From NCBI GenBank assembly GCA_040385165.1, contig JAZKHX010000002.1, positions 310,370 through 374,369 on the forward strand: 64,000 bases of DNA, read 5' to 3'. Below the pieces are notes generated by a model. That model did not search any database. It saw only the letters and a program-made list of their open reading frames with translations, and had not been told where the DNA came from. The translations under genes were made by a program, and so were the position numbers. Numbering within the stretch: the first letter of the stretch is position 1; each line of letters begins with the position of its first letter. Source of the stretch: Pseudomonadota bacterium. GTDB taxonomy: Bacteria; Pseudomonadota; Alphaproteobacteria; Rhodobacterales; Rhodobacteraceae. This document shows positions 1 through 9,919 of the stretch, one piece after another.

Positions 1-109
1 TGTCGCGCAGGGGGCGCAGATCCTGCGGGTCCATGACGTGGCCCAGACGCGGCAAGCGCTGCGGCTGTGGCAATCCCTGAACACCGATCACTTGGAGGAT
101 GAGGCATGA
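1..109 (+). CDS. folP: dihydropteroate synthase, 3' end only (5' end outside window)
   Basis: The frame ending at TGA 107-109 reads ..[39 protein letters not shown] is the hallmark C-terminal DHPS motif. The stop overlaps the glmM start (ATGA). It is absent from the ORF track because it has no start in the window. Confidence 0.55.
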   Translation, partial: VAQGAQILRVHDVAQTRQALRLWQSLNTDHLEDEA

Positions 110-1449
110 GCCGCAAGCTTTTTGGCACCGACGGCGTCCGGGGCCGGGCGAACAGCTGGCCGATGACGGCGGAACTGGCCTTGCGGCTGGGCGCGGCGGC
201 GGGGCGGTATTTCCGCCGCGACGGGTCGGCGGCGCACCGGGTGGTGATCGGCAAGGACACGCGGCTGTCGGGATACATGCTGGAAAACGCGCTGACGGCG
301 GGGTTCTGTTCGACGGGCATGAACGTCCTTCTTCTCGGCCCGGTGCCGACCCCGGCGGTGGGGTTCCTGACCAAGTCGATGCGGGCGGATGTAGGGGTGA
401 TGATCTCGGCCTCCCACAACCCGCATCAGGACAACGGGATCAAGTTCTTCGGTCCGGACGGGTTCAAGCTGTCGGACGCCGCCGAAGCCGAGATCGAGGC
501 GCTGGTCGAGGGCGAGGTCCAGCCTGCGAAGCCCGAGAACATCGGGCGTGCCAAGCGGATCGAGGACGGGCGGGGCCGGTATGAGGAATTCGTGAAGACG
601 AGCTTTCCCACCGGCCTGCGGCTGGACGGGCTGAAGGTTGTGCTGGACTGCGCGAACGGGGCGGCCTACCGGGCGGCGCCCGAGGTGCTGTGGGAGTTGG
701 GGGCCGAGGTGATCCCGATCGGGACCGCTCCGAACGGGACCAACATCAACGACCGCTGCGGGTCGACCCATACCGACGCGGCGGCCGAGGCGGTCGTGGC
801 CCATGGCGCGCATGTCGGCATCGCGCTGGACGGCGATGCGGACCGGATCATGATCCTGGATGAAACCGGGCGGGTCGCGGACGGGGATCAGATCATGGCG
901 CTCCTCGCGGCCCGCTGGGCGACCGAGGGGCGGCTGGCGGGCGGCGCGCTGGTCGCGACGGTGATGTCGAACCTGGGGCTGGAGCGGTTCCTGCAAGGCC
1001 GCGGCCTGCGGCTGGAGCGGACGGCGGTGGGCGACCGCTATGTGGTGGAACGGATGCGCGAGGGCGGCTTCAACCTGGGGGGCGAGCAGTCGGGTCACAT
1101 CGTGATGACCGACTATGCGACGACCGGGGACGGGCTGGTCGCGGGGCTGCAGTTCCTGGCCGAGATGGTGCGGACCGGCAAGCCCGCGTCCGAGCTGACG
1201 CGGTCCTTCACGACCGTCCCGCAGATGCTGAAGAATGTCCGCTTCACCGCCGGGGCGCGACCGTTGGACGTCGCTTCGGTTCAGGAAGTGATCCGGGCGT
1301 CCGAGGCAAGGATCGAGGGGCTGGGCCGCATCCTGATCCGGAAATCGGGCACCGAACCCCTGATCCGGGTCATGGCGGAATGCGAGGACGAGGCGCTGCT
1401 GGCTGCCGTGGTGGACGAGATCGTGGGGGCGGTGGAGGCGGCTGTCTAA
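106..1449 (+). CDS. glmM: phosphoglucosamine mutase
   Basis: Full-length 447-aa ORF with FGTDGVRG N-terminus and phosphoserine loop SASHNP, typical of GlmM. Confidence 0.95.
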   Translation: MSRKLFGTDGVRGRANSWPMTAELALRLGAAAGRYFRRDGSAAHRVVIGKDTRLSGYMLENALTAGFCSTGMNVLLLGPVPTPAVGFLTKSMRADVGVMISASHNPHQDNGIKFFGPDGFKLSDAAEAEIEALVEGEVQPAKPENIGRAKRIEDGRGRYEEFVKTSFPTGLRLDGLKVVLDCANGAAYRAAPEVLWELGAEVIPIGTAPNGTNINDRCGSTHTDAAAEAVVAHGAHVGIALDGDADRIMILDETGRVADGDQIMALLAARWATEGRLAGGALVATVMSNLGLERFLQGRGLRLERTAVGDRYVVERMREGGFNLGGEQSGHIVMTDYATTGDGLVAGLQFLAEMVRTGKPASELTRSFTTVPQMLKNVRFTAGARPLDVASVQEVIRASEARIEGLGRILIRKSGTEPLIRVMAECEDEALLAAVVDEIVGAVEAAV

Positions 1450-1480
1450 GGATGTGTCCACGGTGGACAAAACAGGAAAA

Positions 1481-1514
1481 GGCAACGAAGACAGAGTGTT
1501 GCCATTTTTCGTTT
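1481..1514 (+). terminator. putative rho-independent terminator after glmM
   Basis: GGCAAC-11nt-GTTGCC followed by ATTTTTCGTTT. The stem is short. Confidence 0.5.
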
Positions 1515-1614
1515 ACCTGGTCTTAACCTCTGCGCAAAGCTGCGTGAGGTCAGGCTTTCCGCTCTGGCGCCGGAGAGTCCGGATGGCGCAGACTTGGCCC
1601 GGACAGGTGATGCA

Positions 1615-2445
1615 ATGAGGTTCTCGATGCGGACGCTCGGATATGTGGCGGGGGCGCTGGCGGCGCTCTGGACGTCGATGGCGCTGGCTCAGGGGCTGAC
1701 GGTGGCCGGCCACGAGGTCACGGTGAAGGACGACGGGATGGGCGGTGCCGCACTTCTGGTCGACGGCGAGGTTCTGCACGAGAACGGCGTGATCTTTCTG
1801 GACGAAGGTCAGCAGACCCTTGCGGGCGTCACCGTGCTGACCGGCGTCGCCGGGCCGGGCGGCAATGCCTGCGGCGGTGCCCCCTTTGTGCTGGCCCTGA
1901 GCGAGGGTGTGGCACCTGCGTTCTATGGCCCGATCGACAGTTGTCGCGAGTTCGCGCTGCAGGTCCAGCCCGAGGCGCTGGTGTTTTCCACCGAACCCTT
2001 GCCGTCCGAGCCGGGCGAGGTCTGGGTCTGGAACCCGGTCACCGGCCTGACCGAGGCCCTGCCCGAAGAGTTTGCCGCCGATCCCGGCCTTGGCTGGGAG
2101 GCCTTGCCGTCGCTTGCCGGGGCGCATCCGGCAGACGCGATGAAGCTGGCCCCGGTGCTGGCGGCATTGCAGGAGGGACTTGGTCCGGACTATCCGGTCT
2201 TTGCCGAGCGGATTTCCGATCTGGGGTCGGGCGACCTGACCGGAACGGGTTATCTGGGCGAGGCCTGCCTGAAACTCACCTGCCAGGACGATTGGGCGGT
2301 CCTGTATCTTGACGGGGCGTCAGAGCAGGCCTTTGCGATCTGGAAGGTATCGGGAGAGGCGCGCTATCGCCTCTGGCCTGCGGACACCAGCCTGTGGCCC
2401 CCCGAGGCGACGGCCGTGCTGCACGACAAGGCGGCGATGCAGTAA
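1615..2445 (+). CDS. hypothetical secreted protein
   Basis: Track TTG start 1594 trimmed to ATG 1615. MRFSMRTLGYVAGALAALWTSMALAQG looks like a Sec signal peptide. High GC3. No family recognised. Confidence 0.6.
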   Translation: MRFSMRTLGYVAGALAALWTSMALAQGLTVAGHEVTVKDDGMGGAALLVDGEVLHENGVIFLDEGQQTLAGVTVLTGVAGPGGNACGGAPFVLALSEGVAPAFYGPIDSCREFALQVQPEALVFSTEPLPSEPGEVWVWNPVTGLTEALPEEFAADPGLGWEALPSLAGAHPADAMKLAPVLAALQEGLGPDYPVFAERISDLGSGDLTGTGYLGEACLKLTCQDDWAVLYLDGASEQAFAIWKVSGEARYRLWPADTSLWPPEATAVLHDKAAMQ

Positions 2446-2475
2446 CCCGGCAAGGCGGCGATGCGGTAACCCAGC
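2428..2475. repeat. 24-bp tandem duplication (22/24 identical) spanning the stop codon of the upstream CDS
   Basis: AAGGCGGCGATGCAGTAACCCGGC followed by AAGGCGGCGATGCGGTAACCCAGC. Both units carry an in-frame TAA. Confidence 0.85.
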
Positions 2476-2497
2476 GACGCGCGCGCCGACCGGGGCG

Positions 2498-3274
2498 TCA
2501 GCCGCGCGGCTTTTTCGCGACCGCGTAGTCGCCGGGATAGGCAAGCCCGCCGTGGTGGGTGAGCCTTGCCGTCTCGTGGCACCAGATCTCGCCGCCACAG
2601 CCGTCGATCCAGCGGCGGCAGAACGAGGTGTCCTCGCCGTGCATGACCGCGCCGCTACGGCCGCGCAGGTGGCTGAAGAAGTCGTGAAAATCGGCCCCCG
2701 GGTAGCCCGGCCCGTTGAAGCCGGGGACAGGCAGCGCAGCACCGGAGGCCACCATGCGTTCGGGGACCGCACGACGCAGAAGCATGAACCCGGTGCCGGC
2801 CCCCGGAACCTTGCGAAAGCCGCCCCTGACCTCATGCGGCCAGTCCTCGCCCGCCTCGAACCGTTCGGCCACGTTGTAGCGGAAGCTTTCGGCCAGAAGC
2901 CGGTCGGTCGCGGCGCGGTCGGCTTCGGGCTTTTGCGCTTCGCGTTCGATGAGGGCGCGGAAGCTGGACCAGCGCATCTGCCGCTGCGGGTAGGGGGCGA
3001 CGGTGAAATCGGCGTCGAAATCGAGAAGGTCGAAGAACACCTGGGGATGAAAGCCCATGTCGCTGTCGAGAAGCAGCGCATGGGTGAAGGTCTTTTCGGC
3101 CAGGAAGAACGACATCAGGTAGTTGCGCGAGATCACGAGGTCGGACCATTCGTAGGTCTTGAGCGCGAAGGGAATGCGGCGTTTGGGCAGCGCCTGAGTG
3201 AGGCCGATCAGGCTGTGGACCGTCGGCGTGTCGATCTGGCCACCGGTCGGCATCAGGATCAGAAGGGTGGTCAT
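2498..3274 (-). CDS. hypothetical protein, possible GT-A fold glycosyltransferase
   Basis: 258-aa ORF with high GC3. LLDSDM (DxD-like) and GEDTSFCRRW motifs resemble GT-A glycosyltransferases. Family not recognised with certainty. Confidence 0.5.
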   Translation of the reverse strand: MTTLLILMPTGGQIDTPTVHSLIGLTQALPKRRIPFALKTYEWSDLVISRNYLMSFFLAEKTFTHALLLDSDMGFHPQVFFDLLDFDADFTVAPYPQRQMRWSSFRALIEREAQKPEADRAATDRLLAESFRYNVAERFEAGEDWPHEVRGGFRKVPGAGTGFMLLRRAVPERMVASGAALPVPGFNGPGYPGADFHDFFSHLRGRSGAVMHGEDTSFCRRWIDGCGGEIWCHETARLTHHGGLAYPGDYAVAKKPRG

Positions 3275-3337
3275 GCGGCCTCATGCTTGCCGGTGTGCAG
3301 GGTCGCAGTGGCCGCGTGGCGCGTCAAGCCGGGCACT

Positions 3338-3368
3338 GCAAAAGAAAAGGGGGCGTTGCCGCCCCCTT
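3338..3368 (-). terminator. rho-independent terminator after ilvC
   Basis: 9-bp GC-rich stem (AAGGGGGCG / CGCCCCCTT) with a 4-nt loop, followed on the minus strand by TTCTTTTGC. Confidence 0.65.
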
Positions 3369-3394
3369 CCGTGTCACCGCGCTGCAAAGCGGGA

Positions 3395-4540
<1,146 letters not shown>

Positions 4541-4542
4541 TC

Positions 4543-4998
4543 ATGCTTGACGACACGGACCGGCGCATCCTGCGGCACTGGCTGGCCGAGCCGTCGCTGG
4601 ACCGCGCGGCGCTGGCGGAACGCGCCGGGGTCACCGGGGCGACGCTGTGGCGGCGGCTTGACCGGCTGCGGTCGGCGGGCGTCGTGCAGGGCGAGGGAGC
4701 GGTGATCGACTGGCGGGCGCTCGGCTATGCGGTCGAGGTCAGCTTGCGCTTTACGCTGGACAAGACCAACCCCCGCGCCTTCGACGAGTTCATCGCAGCC
4801 GCCCGCGAGGTGCCCGAGGTGATCGGGATCGAGACTTTCCTCGGCCGGGTCGATGTGCGGCTGAACGTCATCGCGCGCGACATGGGGCACTGGACCGGCA
4901 TCTACCGCGACCGGATCCTGGCGCTGCCGCATATCGCCGAGGTCGAGGCGCTGATGCTGGTTGCGACCATCAAGGACAGCGGGGGGCTGCCCCTGTGA
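4543..4998 (+). CDS. Lrp/AsnC family transcriptional regulator
   Basis: 151 aa. N-terminal HTH (LDDTDRRILRHW..) plus a C-terminal RAM-like domain, typical of Lrp/AsnC. Confidence 0.85.
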   Translation: MLDDTDRRILRHWLAEPSLDRAALAERAGVTGATLWRRLDRLRSAGVVQGEGAVIDWRALGYAVEVSLRFTLDKTNPRAFDEFIAAAREVPEVIGIETFLGRVDVRLNVIARDMGHWTGIYRDRILALPHIAEVEALMLVATIKDSGGLPL

Positions 4999-5489
4999 CC
5001 TACGGCGAGATCGATCTGGATGATCAGGACCGGGCGATCCTGCGCGCCTTGTCCGCGGACGGAAGCCTCTCGGCGGGCGAGCTGGGGCGGCGGTTCGGCC
5101 TGTCGCAGCCGGCGGCCTGGCGGCGGGTGCGGCGGCTGGAGGAAGCGGGCGTGCTGGCGGGGCGGCGGGTGGAGGTCGACCGCGCCGCCCTTGGCTTTGG
5201 GGTCACGGTGTTTCTGGGGATCAAACTTGCGACCAAGGGGCGGGTGTCGCTGGAAGATTTCGAGCGTGCGGCGACCGCAATCCCCGAAGTGCAGGTGGTG
5301 CAGCATGTGCTGGGCCTTTTCGACTATCGCCTGCGGGTGGTGGCGCGGGATCTGGCGGACTTCGAGCGGGTTCTGCGCCGTCGAATCATGACGCTGCCGG
5401 GCGTGGGCAACGTCGAGGCCAATGTGCTTTTGACCGAGGAACGTCGCCCCGGACCCTTGGGCGTGGCGGATTCGGTCGGGAAACGGTGA
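4995..5489 (+). CDS. Lrp/AsnC family transcriptional regulator (second of a tandem pair)
   Basis: 164 aa, LDDQDRAILRALSADGSLSAGELGRRFGLSQPAAWRRVRRLEEAGV. The GTG start overlaps the upstream stop (GTGA). Confidence 0.85.
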   Translation: MTYGEIDLDDQDRAILRALSADGSLSAGELGRRFGLSQPAAWRRVRRLEEAGVLAGRRVEVDRAALGFGVTVFLGIKLATKGRVSLEDFERAATAIPEVQVVQHVLGLFDYRLRVVARDLADFERVLRRRIMTLPGVGNVEANVLLTEERRPGPLGVADSVGKR

Positions 5490-5528
5490 GCCGACGCGGC
5501 TAGGTTTGGGCAGAACCAGGAGTCGCCC

Positions 5529-6632
5529 ATGAAGATCGCCAGGCTGGAAACCTTCGACACGCCTCACGTCTGCTTTGTGAAGGTGACCGCCGATACCGGC
5601 GATGTCGGCTGGGGGCAGACCTCGACCTATCAGGCGGATCTCACGGCGGAGATCTTCCATCGGCAGGTCGCGCCCCATGCGCTTGGGACAAGGGTGGCCG
5701 ATCTGGAAGACACGCTGCGCCGCATCTTCGAGCGCGAACACAAGTTCCCCGGCAGCTATCTGCGCCGGGCGCAGGCGGGGCTGGATACGGCGGTCTGGGA
5801 CTTGCGGGGCAAGGTGGCGGGCAAGCCTGTGGCCTCGCTTCTGGGCGGCTCGCCCGGCCGCGTGCGTGCCTACGCCAGTTCGATGAAGCGCGACATCACG
5901 CCCGAGGACGAGGCGACGCGGTTCGTGAAGCTGCGGGATGAGTTCGGCTTTGACGCCTTCAAATGGCGCGTGGGCGCGGAGGTGGGCCGCGACCAGGACG
6001 AATGGCCGGGGAGGACGGAAGCGGTTATTCCGATTGTCGCCAATGCCTTGGGAGACAATGTTGAGAAACTGGTTGATGGCAATTCCTGCTTTTCTCCCGC
6101 CCGTGCCATCGAGGTGGGCCGGATGCTGGAGGACCACGGCATCGGGCATTTCGAGGAGCCATGTCCCTATTGGGAGGTCGACCAGACTGCCGAGGTCCGC
6201 GCTGCCCTGAGACTCGACGTTGCGGGCGGCGAACAGGATTGCGAGCTGACCGCCTGGCAACTGGCAATCGAACACAAGGCGGTGGACATCCTGCAGCCCG
6301 ACATCCTGTATCTGGGCGGCATCTGCCGGACGCTGGAGGTCTGCCGGATGGGCGAACGCGCCGGACTGCCGATCACACCGCACGCGGCAAACCTTGGCCT
6401 CGTGACGATCTGCACCATGCACCTTTTGCGCGCGATCCCTAACCCGGGCAAGTATCTGGAGTTTTCCATCGAAGGCCCGGACTACTACCCCTGGCAGGAC
6501 GGCCTGTTCCTGAACGACCCCTACCGGATCGAAGGCGGTCATGCCATCGTGACCGAAGCGCCCGGCTGGGGCGTCGAGATCAACCCCGACTGGCTGGCCC
6601 GCGCCCGCCATCGCGTAGCGGAGGCGACCTGA
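5529..6632 (+). CDS. enolase-superfamily enzyme (mandelate racemase / muconate lactonizing family)
   Basis: 367 aa. Metal-ligand pattern VDGN / FEEP / GGEQD and a late ITPHA His, typical of the MR subgroup. Substrate not inferable. Confidence 0.85.
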   Translation: MKIARLETFDTPHVCFVKVTADTGDVGWGQTSTYQADLTAEIFHRQVAPHALGTRVADLEDTLRRIFEREHKFPGSYLRRAQAGLDTAVWDLRGKVAGKPVASLLGGSPGRVRAYASSMKRDITPEDEATRFVKLRDEFGFDAFKWRVGAEVGRDQDEWPGRTEAVIPIVANALGDNVEKLVDGNSCFSPARAIEVGRMLEDHGIGHFEEPCPYWEVDQTAEVRAALRLDVAGGEQDCELTAWQLAIEHKAVDILQPDILYLGGICRTLEVCRMGERAGLPITPHAANLGLVTICTMHLLRAIPNPGKYLEFSIEGPDYYPWQDGLFLNDPYRIEGGHAIVTEAPGWGVEINPDWLARARHRVAEAT

Positions 6633-6633
6633 A

Positions 6634-7758
6634 ATGCCCGGACTTCACGCCCATATCGACCCCGAGGGTCTTGAGGAGTTTTCGGTCGTGTTCACCGACC
6701 GGTCGCTGAACCACATGTCGGCGCGCTTCCAGGCGGTGATGCGCGATGTCTCGGGGATGCTGAAAGAGGTCTACAAGGGCAGCGCCGTGGCCCTGGTGCC
6801 CGGCGGCGGATCCTATTCGATGGAGGCGGTTGCCCGGCAGTTCGGCAAGGGCCGCGTCCTGATCGTTCGGAACGGCTGGTTCAGCTATCGCTGGACGCAG
6901 ATCTTCGAGGCGGGTGGGTTTGCAGGCGAGACGACGGTGGTGATGGCCCGGCAGACCGGGAACGATACCCGAGCGCCCTATGCCCCGCCGCCGATCGACG
7001 AGGTGGTGGCCAAAATCCGCGACGTGCGGCCCGAGGCGGTGTTCGCGCCGCATGTGGAAACCAGTGCCGGGATCATCCTGCCCGACGGTTACATCTCGCA
7101 GATGGCGGCGGCGGCGCATGAGGTCGGCGCGCTGATGGTGCTGGACTGCATCGCGTCGGGCTGCATCTGGGTCGACATGGCCGCGACCGGGGTGGATGTG
7201 CTGATCTCGGCCCCGCAGAAGGGATGGTCGGCCTCGCCTTCGGCAGGCGTGGTGGTGCTGTCGCCGATGGGTGAGGCGCGGCTGGCGGACACCGCGTCGA
7301 ACAGCTTCGCGCTGGACCTGAAGAAGTGGCGCGCGATCATGGAGGCCTATGAGAAGGGCGGCCATGCCTATCACGCGACGATGCCGACCGATGCGATTGT
7401 CGGCTTCCGCGACGCGATGGTCGAAACGCAGGCGATGGGGTTCGATGCCGCCAAGGCGGCGCAGTGGGCTCTGGGCCGGGCGGTCAGGGCGATGCTTGTG
7501 GCGAAGGGCGTGCCGTCGGTTGCAGCGGATGGATTTCAGGCGCCGGGGGTTGTGGTAAGCTACACCAGCGACCCCGACGTGCAGAACGGGTCGAAGTTCC
7601 GGGCCGAGGGCTTGCAGATCGCGGCGGGCGTGCCGTTGCAGGTCGGTGAGGGGCCGGAGTTCAAGACCTTCCGGCTGGGTCTTTTCGGCCTCGACAAGCT
7701 GCGCGATGTCGATGCCACGGTCGCGCGGCTGCGTCGCGCGGTCGACGCGGTCTTGTGA
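6634..7758 (+). CDS. class V aminotransferase (alanine/serine-glyoxylate type)
   Basis: 374 aa. SAPQKG PLP-lysine motif and fold-type I class V length. Starts 1 nt after the upstream stop. Confidence 0.75.
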   Translation: MPGLHAHIDPEGLEEFSVVFTDRSLNHMSARFQAVMRDVSGMLKEVYKGSAVALVPGGGSYSMEAVARQFGKGRVLIVRNGWFSYRWTQIFEAGGFAGETTVVMARQTGNDTRAPYAPPPIDEVVAKIRDVRPEAVFAPHVETSAGIILPDGYISQMAAAAHEVGALMVLDCIASGCIWVDMAATGVDVLISAPQKGWSASPSAGVVVLSPMGEARLADTASNSFALDLKKWRAIMEAYEKGGHAYHATMPTDAIVGFRDAMVETQAMGFDAAKAAQWALGRAVRAMLVAKGVPSVAADGFQAPGVVVSYTSDPDVQNGSKFRAEGLQIAAGVPLQVGEGPEFKTFRLGLFGLDKLRDVDATVARLRRAVDAVL

Positions 7759-7762
7759 TCCA

Positions 7763-7800
7763 CACAGGCCGGACGGGAGCATCCGGCCTGTGCGGTTTTG
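7763..7800 (+). terminator. rho-independent terminator
   Basis: CACAGGCCGGA-8nt-TCCGGCCTGTG followed by CGGTTTTG. Confidence 0.65.
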
Positions 7801-7814
7801 CAGTCATCCGGGGA

Positions 7815-8066
7815 TTACTGCGCGTTGCTGAGGATCGCCTGCACGCCCTGGGCGACGTCGGACGCCGTGCGGGTGTTCTCGGAGTTCGAGAAGAACGAAG
7901 ACAGCTGCGCGTATTGCGCGGTCGTCAGGGCCGACAGATCCGCTCCGGGAAGCACGGTCATGATCTCGGACTGGATGGCCGACGACAGCGCGACGGACGC
8001 CTGCTGGGCGAAGGCACCACCAGCGGTGGCGGCAACAAGAGCGGTGACAAGAGCGATGCGTTTCAT
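7815..8066 (-). CDS. small secreted hypothetical protein (83 aa)
   Basis: Track ORF trimmed to ATG 8066, which is preceded by AAGGA. MKRIALVTALVAATAGGAFAQQ looks like a signal peptide. Confidence 0.55.
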   Translation of the reverse strand: MKRIALVTALVAATAGGAFAQQASVALSSAIQSEIMTVLPGADLSALTTAQYAQLSSFFSNSENTRTASDVAQGVQAILSNAQ

Positions 8067-8323
8067 TTTGTAATCCTTCGGTTTTGTTTCGTCCCACCCA
8101 GTGTGGGGCGGTGAGCAAGAGATGGGCTCTGACCGGCAGGAAAGGAAATCACAGCTTCCTCGCAGGGAGTATCCTGACTGTGATCGGCCGTGGGTCTTGC
8201 GGGTCGGTCGTGTCAAATCTTTCAGGAAACCGTCGGAAATCCGGTCGGGGACGATCACATGTTTCAGGGTTCTCACGGCCTTTGGATCGCCTGCCGCTGC
8301 ACTGTGCAAAAATGCACGAAACT

Positions 8324-9547
8324 TCAGGACAGATCTGTCGTTGCTTCAGACTTGCCAAGGCCAAGGCCGGCCTGCATCAGCATCTGGCGCACCGGCCGCG
8401 CCGAATAGAGCGCATCCAGCGCCCCTGCACGCAGGTCGCGCAGGAAGGGTGCCCCGGCCATTGACGCGCGGTTCAGAAGGTCGATCCCGGTGACGCGGGC
8501 CCGGACTTCAAGATGGCGCTGGCGGTGATAGGTTTCGGTGACGGCAGGCGTCCCCGGGTCCGCGCGGTGCGCCTCGGACAGGGCAAGCAGCGTGCGCAGG
8601 TCGGCCAGACTCATGTTCAGACCCTGCGCCCCGATGGGCGGGACGACATGGGCGGCCTCGGCCAGAAGGACGGTCCGCGGGCCGGACAGGCGGTCGGCGA
8701 TCTGGCTGATGATCGGCCAAACCGAGCGCCGGGAGATCAGGGTCAGCGGGCCGAGGATGCCTGAGGAGCGGGCGGTCATCTCGGTCTCGAAGGCGGGGAC
8801 ATCTAGGGCGGCGAGACGGGCGATCTGCGGGCCGGTCTCCATCCAGACCACGGCCGAGGCTGGCCTCCCGTCGCGGTCGGGAAGCGGCACGAGGGTAAAG
8901 GGGCCGCCGCTGCGGTGAACCTCGGTCGAGACGTTCTGGTGGGGGATGTCGTGGGACACCGCGAAGGCCAGGGCCTTCTGGCCGTAGCGGATGGTTCTGG
9001 CCGCTATGCCGAGGGCCTCGCGGACGGGGGAGCTGCGGCCATCGGCGCCGATCACAAGTTTCGCCGCGATCTGGGTGCCGTCGGTGAGGGTGACCAGCGC
9101 CTCGGCCTGGCGGGTCAGCATCCGGGCGAAGCCGGTCCCCGGGCGGAAGCTGACACTGGGCAGTTCGGCCAGGCGGGCGACCATCTCGCGGCGGAGCAGC
9201 CAGTTCGGCAGGTTCCAGCCGAACGGGGCATCGGAGATGTCGGAAGCGTCGAAGTCCTTGGTGAGACGGGCCTCCGGCTCGGGTCCGCCCGCGTCGATGA
9301 TGCGCATGACCTGAAGGGCGGCGGCGTGGGGAGCGAGGCGCGACCAGAGCCCGGCGGCCTGCAGGACCGGGATCGAGGGTTGCAGGAAGGCGGTGGTGCG
9401 CAGGTCCGCGCCGTCAGCGTCGCCTTCGGTCACGGGCGGGGTGGGATCGACGCAGATCACGCGGAACCCGGCGGACCCGAAGGCGCAGGCCGCGGTCAGG
9501 CCGGCAACGCCGCCGCCGGAGATCAGGATGTCGGTGGTTTCGCGCAT
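8324..9547 (-). CDS. UbiH/UbiF/COQ6-family FAD-dependent hydroxylase
   Basis: 407 aa, N-terminal dinucleotide fold ILISGGGVAGL. Length and overall pattern match ubiquinone-biosynthesis hydroxylases. Confidence 0.8.
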   Translation of the reverse strand: MRETTDILISGGGVAGLTAACAFGSAGFRVICVDPTPPVTEGDADGADLRTTAFLQPSIPVLQAAGLWSRLAPHAAALQVMRIIDAGGPEPEARLTKDFDASDISDAPFGWNLPNWLLRREMVARLAELPSVSFRPGTGFARMLTRQAEALVTLTDGTQIAAKLVIGADGRSSPVREALGIAARTIRYGQKALAFAVSHDIPHQNVSTEVHRSGGPFTLVPLPDRDGRPASAVVWMETGPQIARLAALDVPAFETEMTARSSGILGPLTLISRRSVWPIISQIADRLSGPRTVLLAEAAHVVPPIGAQGLNMSLADLRTLLALSEAHRADPGTPAVTETYHRQRHLEVRARVTGIDLLNRASMAGAPFLRDLRAGALDALYSARPVRQMLMQAGLGLGKSEATTDLS

Positions 9548-9608
9548 GGATCGCCTCCGCCGGTCAGCATAGGCCGCGCGGCGCGGCGGGGCCAGAGGGC
9601 AGGTCGTC

Positions 9609-9851
9609 TCAGGGTCGGGCGAGAATGACCAGAATGACGAACATCACCGGGACCATGGCCAGCGCGGTCAGGACCAGCGCGGGCAGGCCCCAGGTCTGGA
9701 TCGCAAGGACGAGGGCGGTCAGCGCGATGACGAGGATGTAGTAGATCGTGTCGATCTCGCGTTCGACGGCGCGGATCAGGCCGCCGACCACGGGAAGGGC
9801 GCGGACAAGGCGGCCAAGCGGGCCTGGTGCGGCGAAGGGAGTGGCGGTCAT
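9609..9851 (-). CDS. small membrane protein (80 aa)
   Basis: Track ORF trimmed to ATG 9851 (GAGG upstream). Two hydrophobic helices. No family recognised. Confidence 0.45.
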   Translation of the reverse strand: MTATPFAAPGPLGRLVRALPVVGGLIRAVEREIDTIYYILVIALTALVLAIQTWGLPALVLTALAMVPVMFVILVILARP

Positions 9852-9919
9852 CGGGGCCTCGGGCGTTGCTTCACGGCAGAACATAGGGGTCTGAAGTGCC
9901 GGGGGCATGTGACCGGTTG

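Noticed and set aside
1455-1469. TGT..ACA palindrome considered as a PpsR/CrtJ site (TGT-N12-ACA).
   Set aside because: The spacing is N9, not N12, and there are no photosynthesis genes nearby.
1512-1527. TTTA-N7-TTAAC, a near-CtrA box upstream of the secreted hypothetical gene.
   Set aside because: It has one mismatch in a core half-site and overlaps the T-tract of the glmM terminator. It cannot be distinguished from chance without genome-wide statistics or ChIP data.
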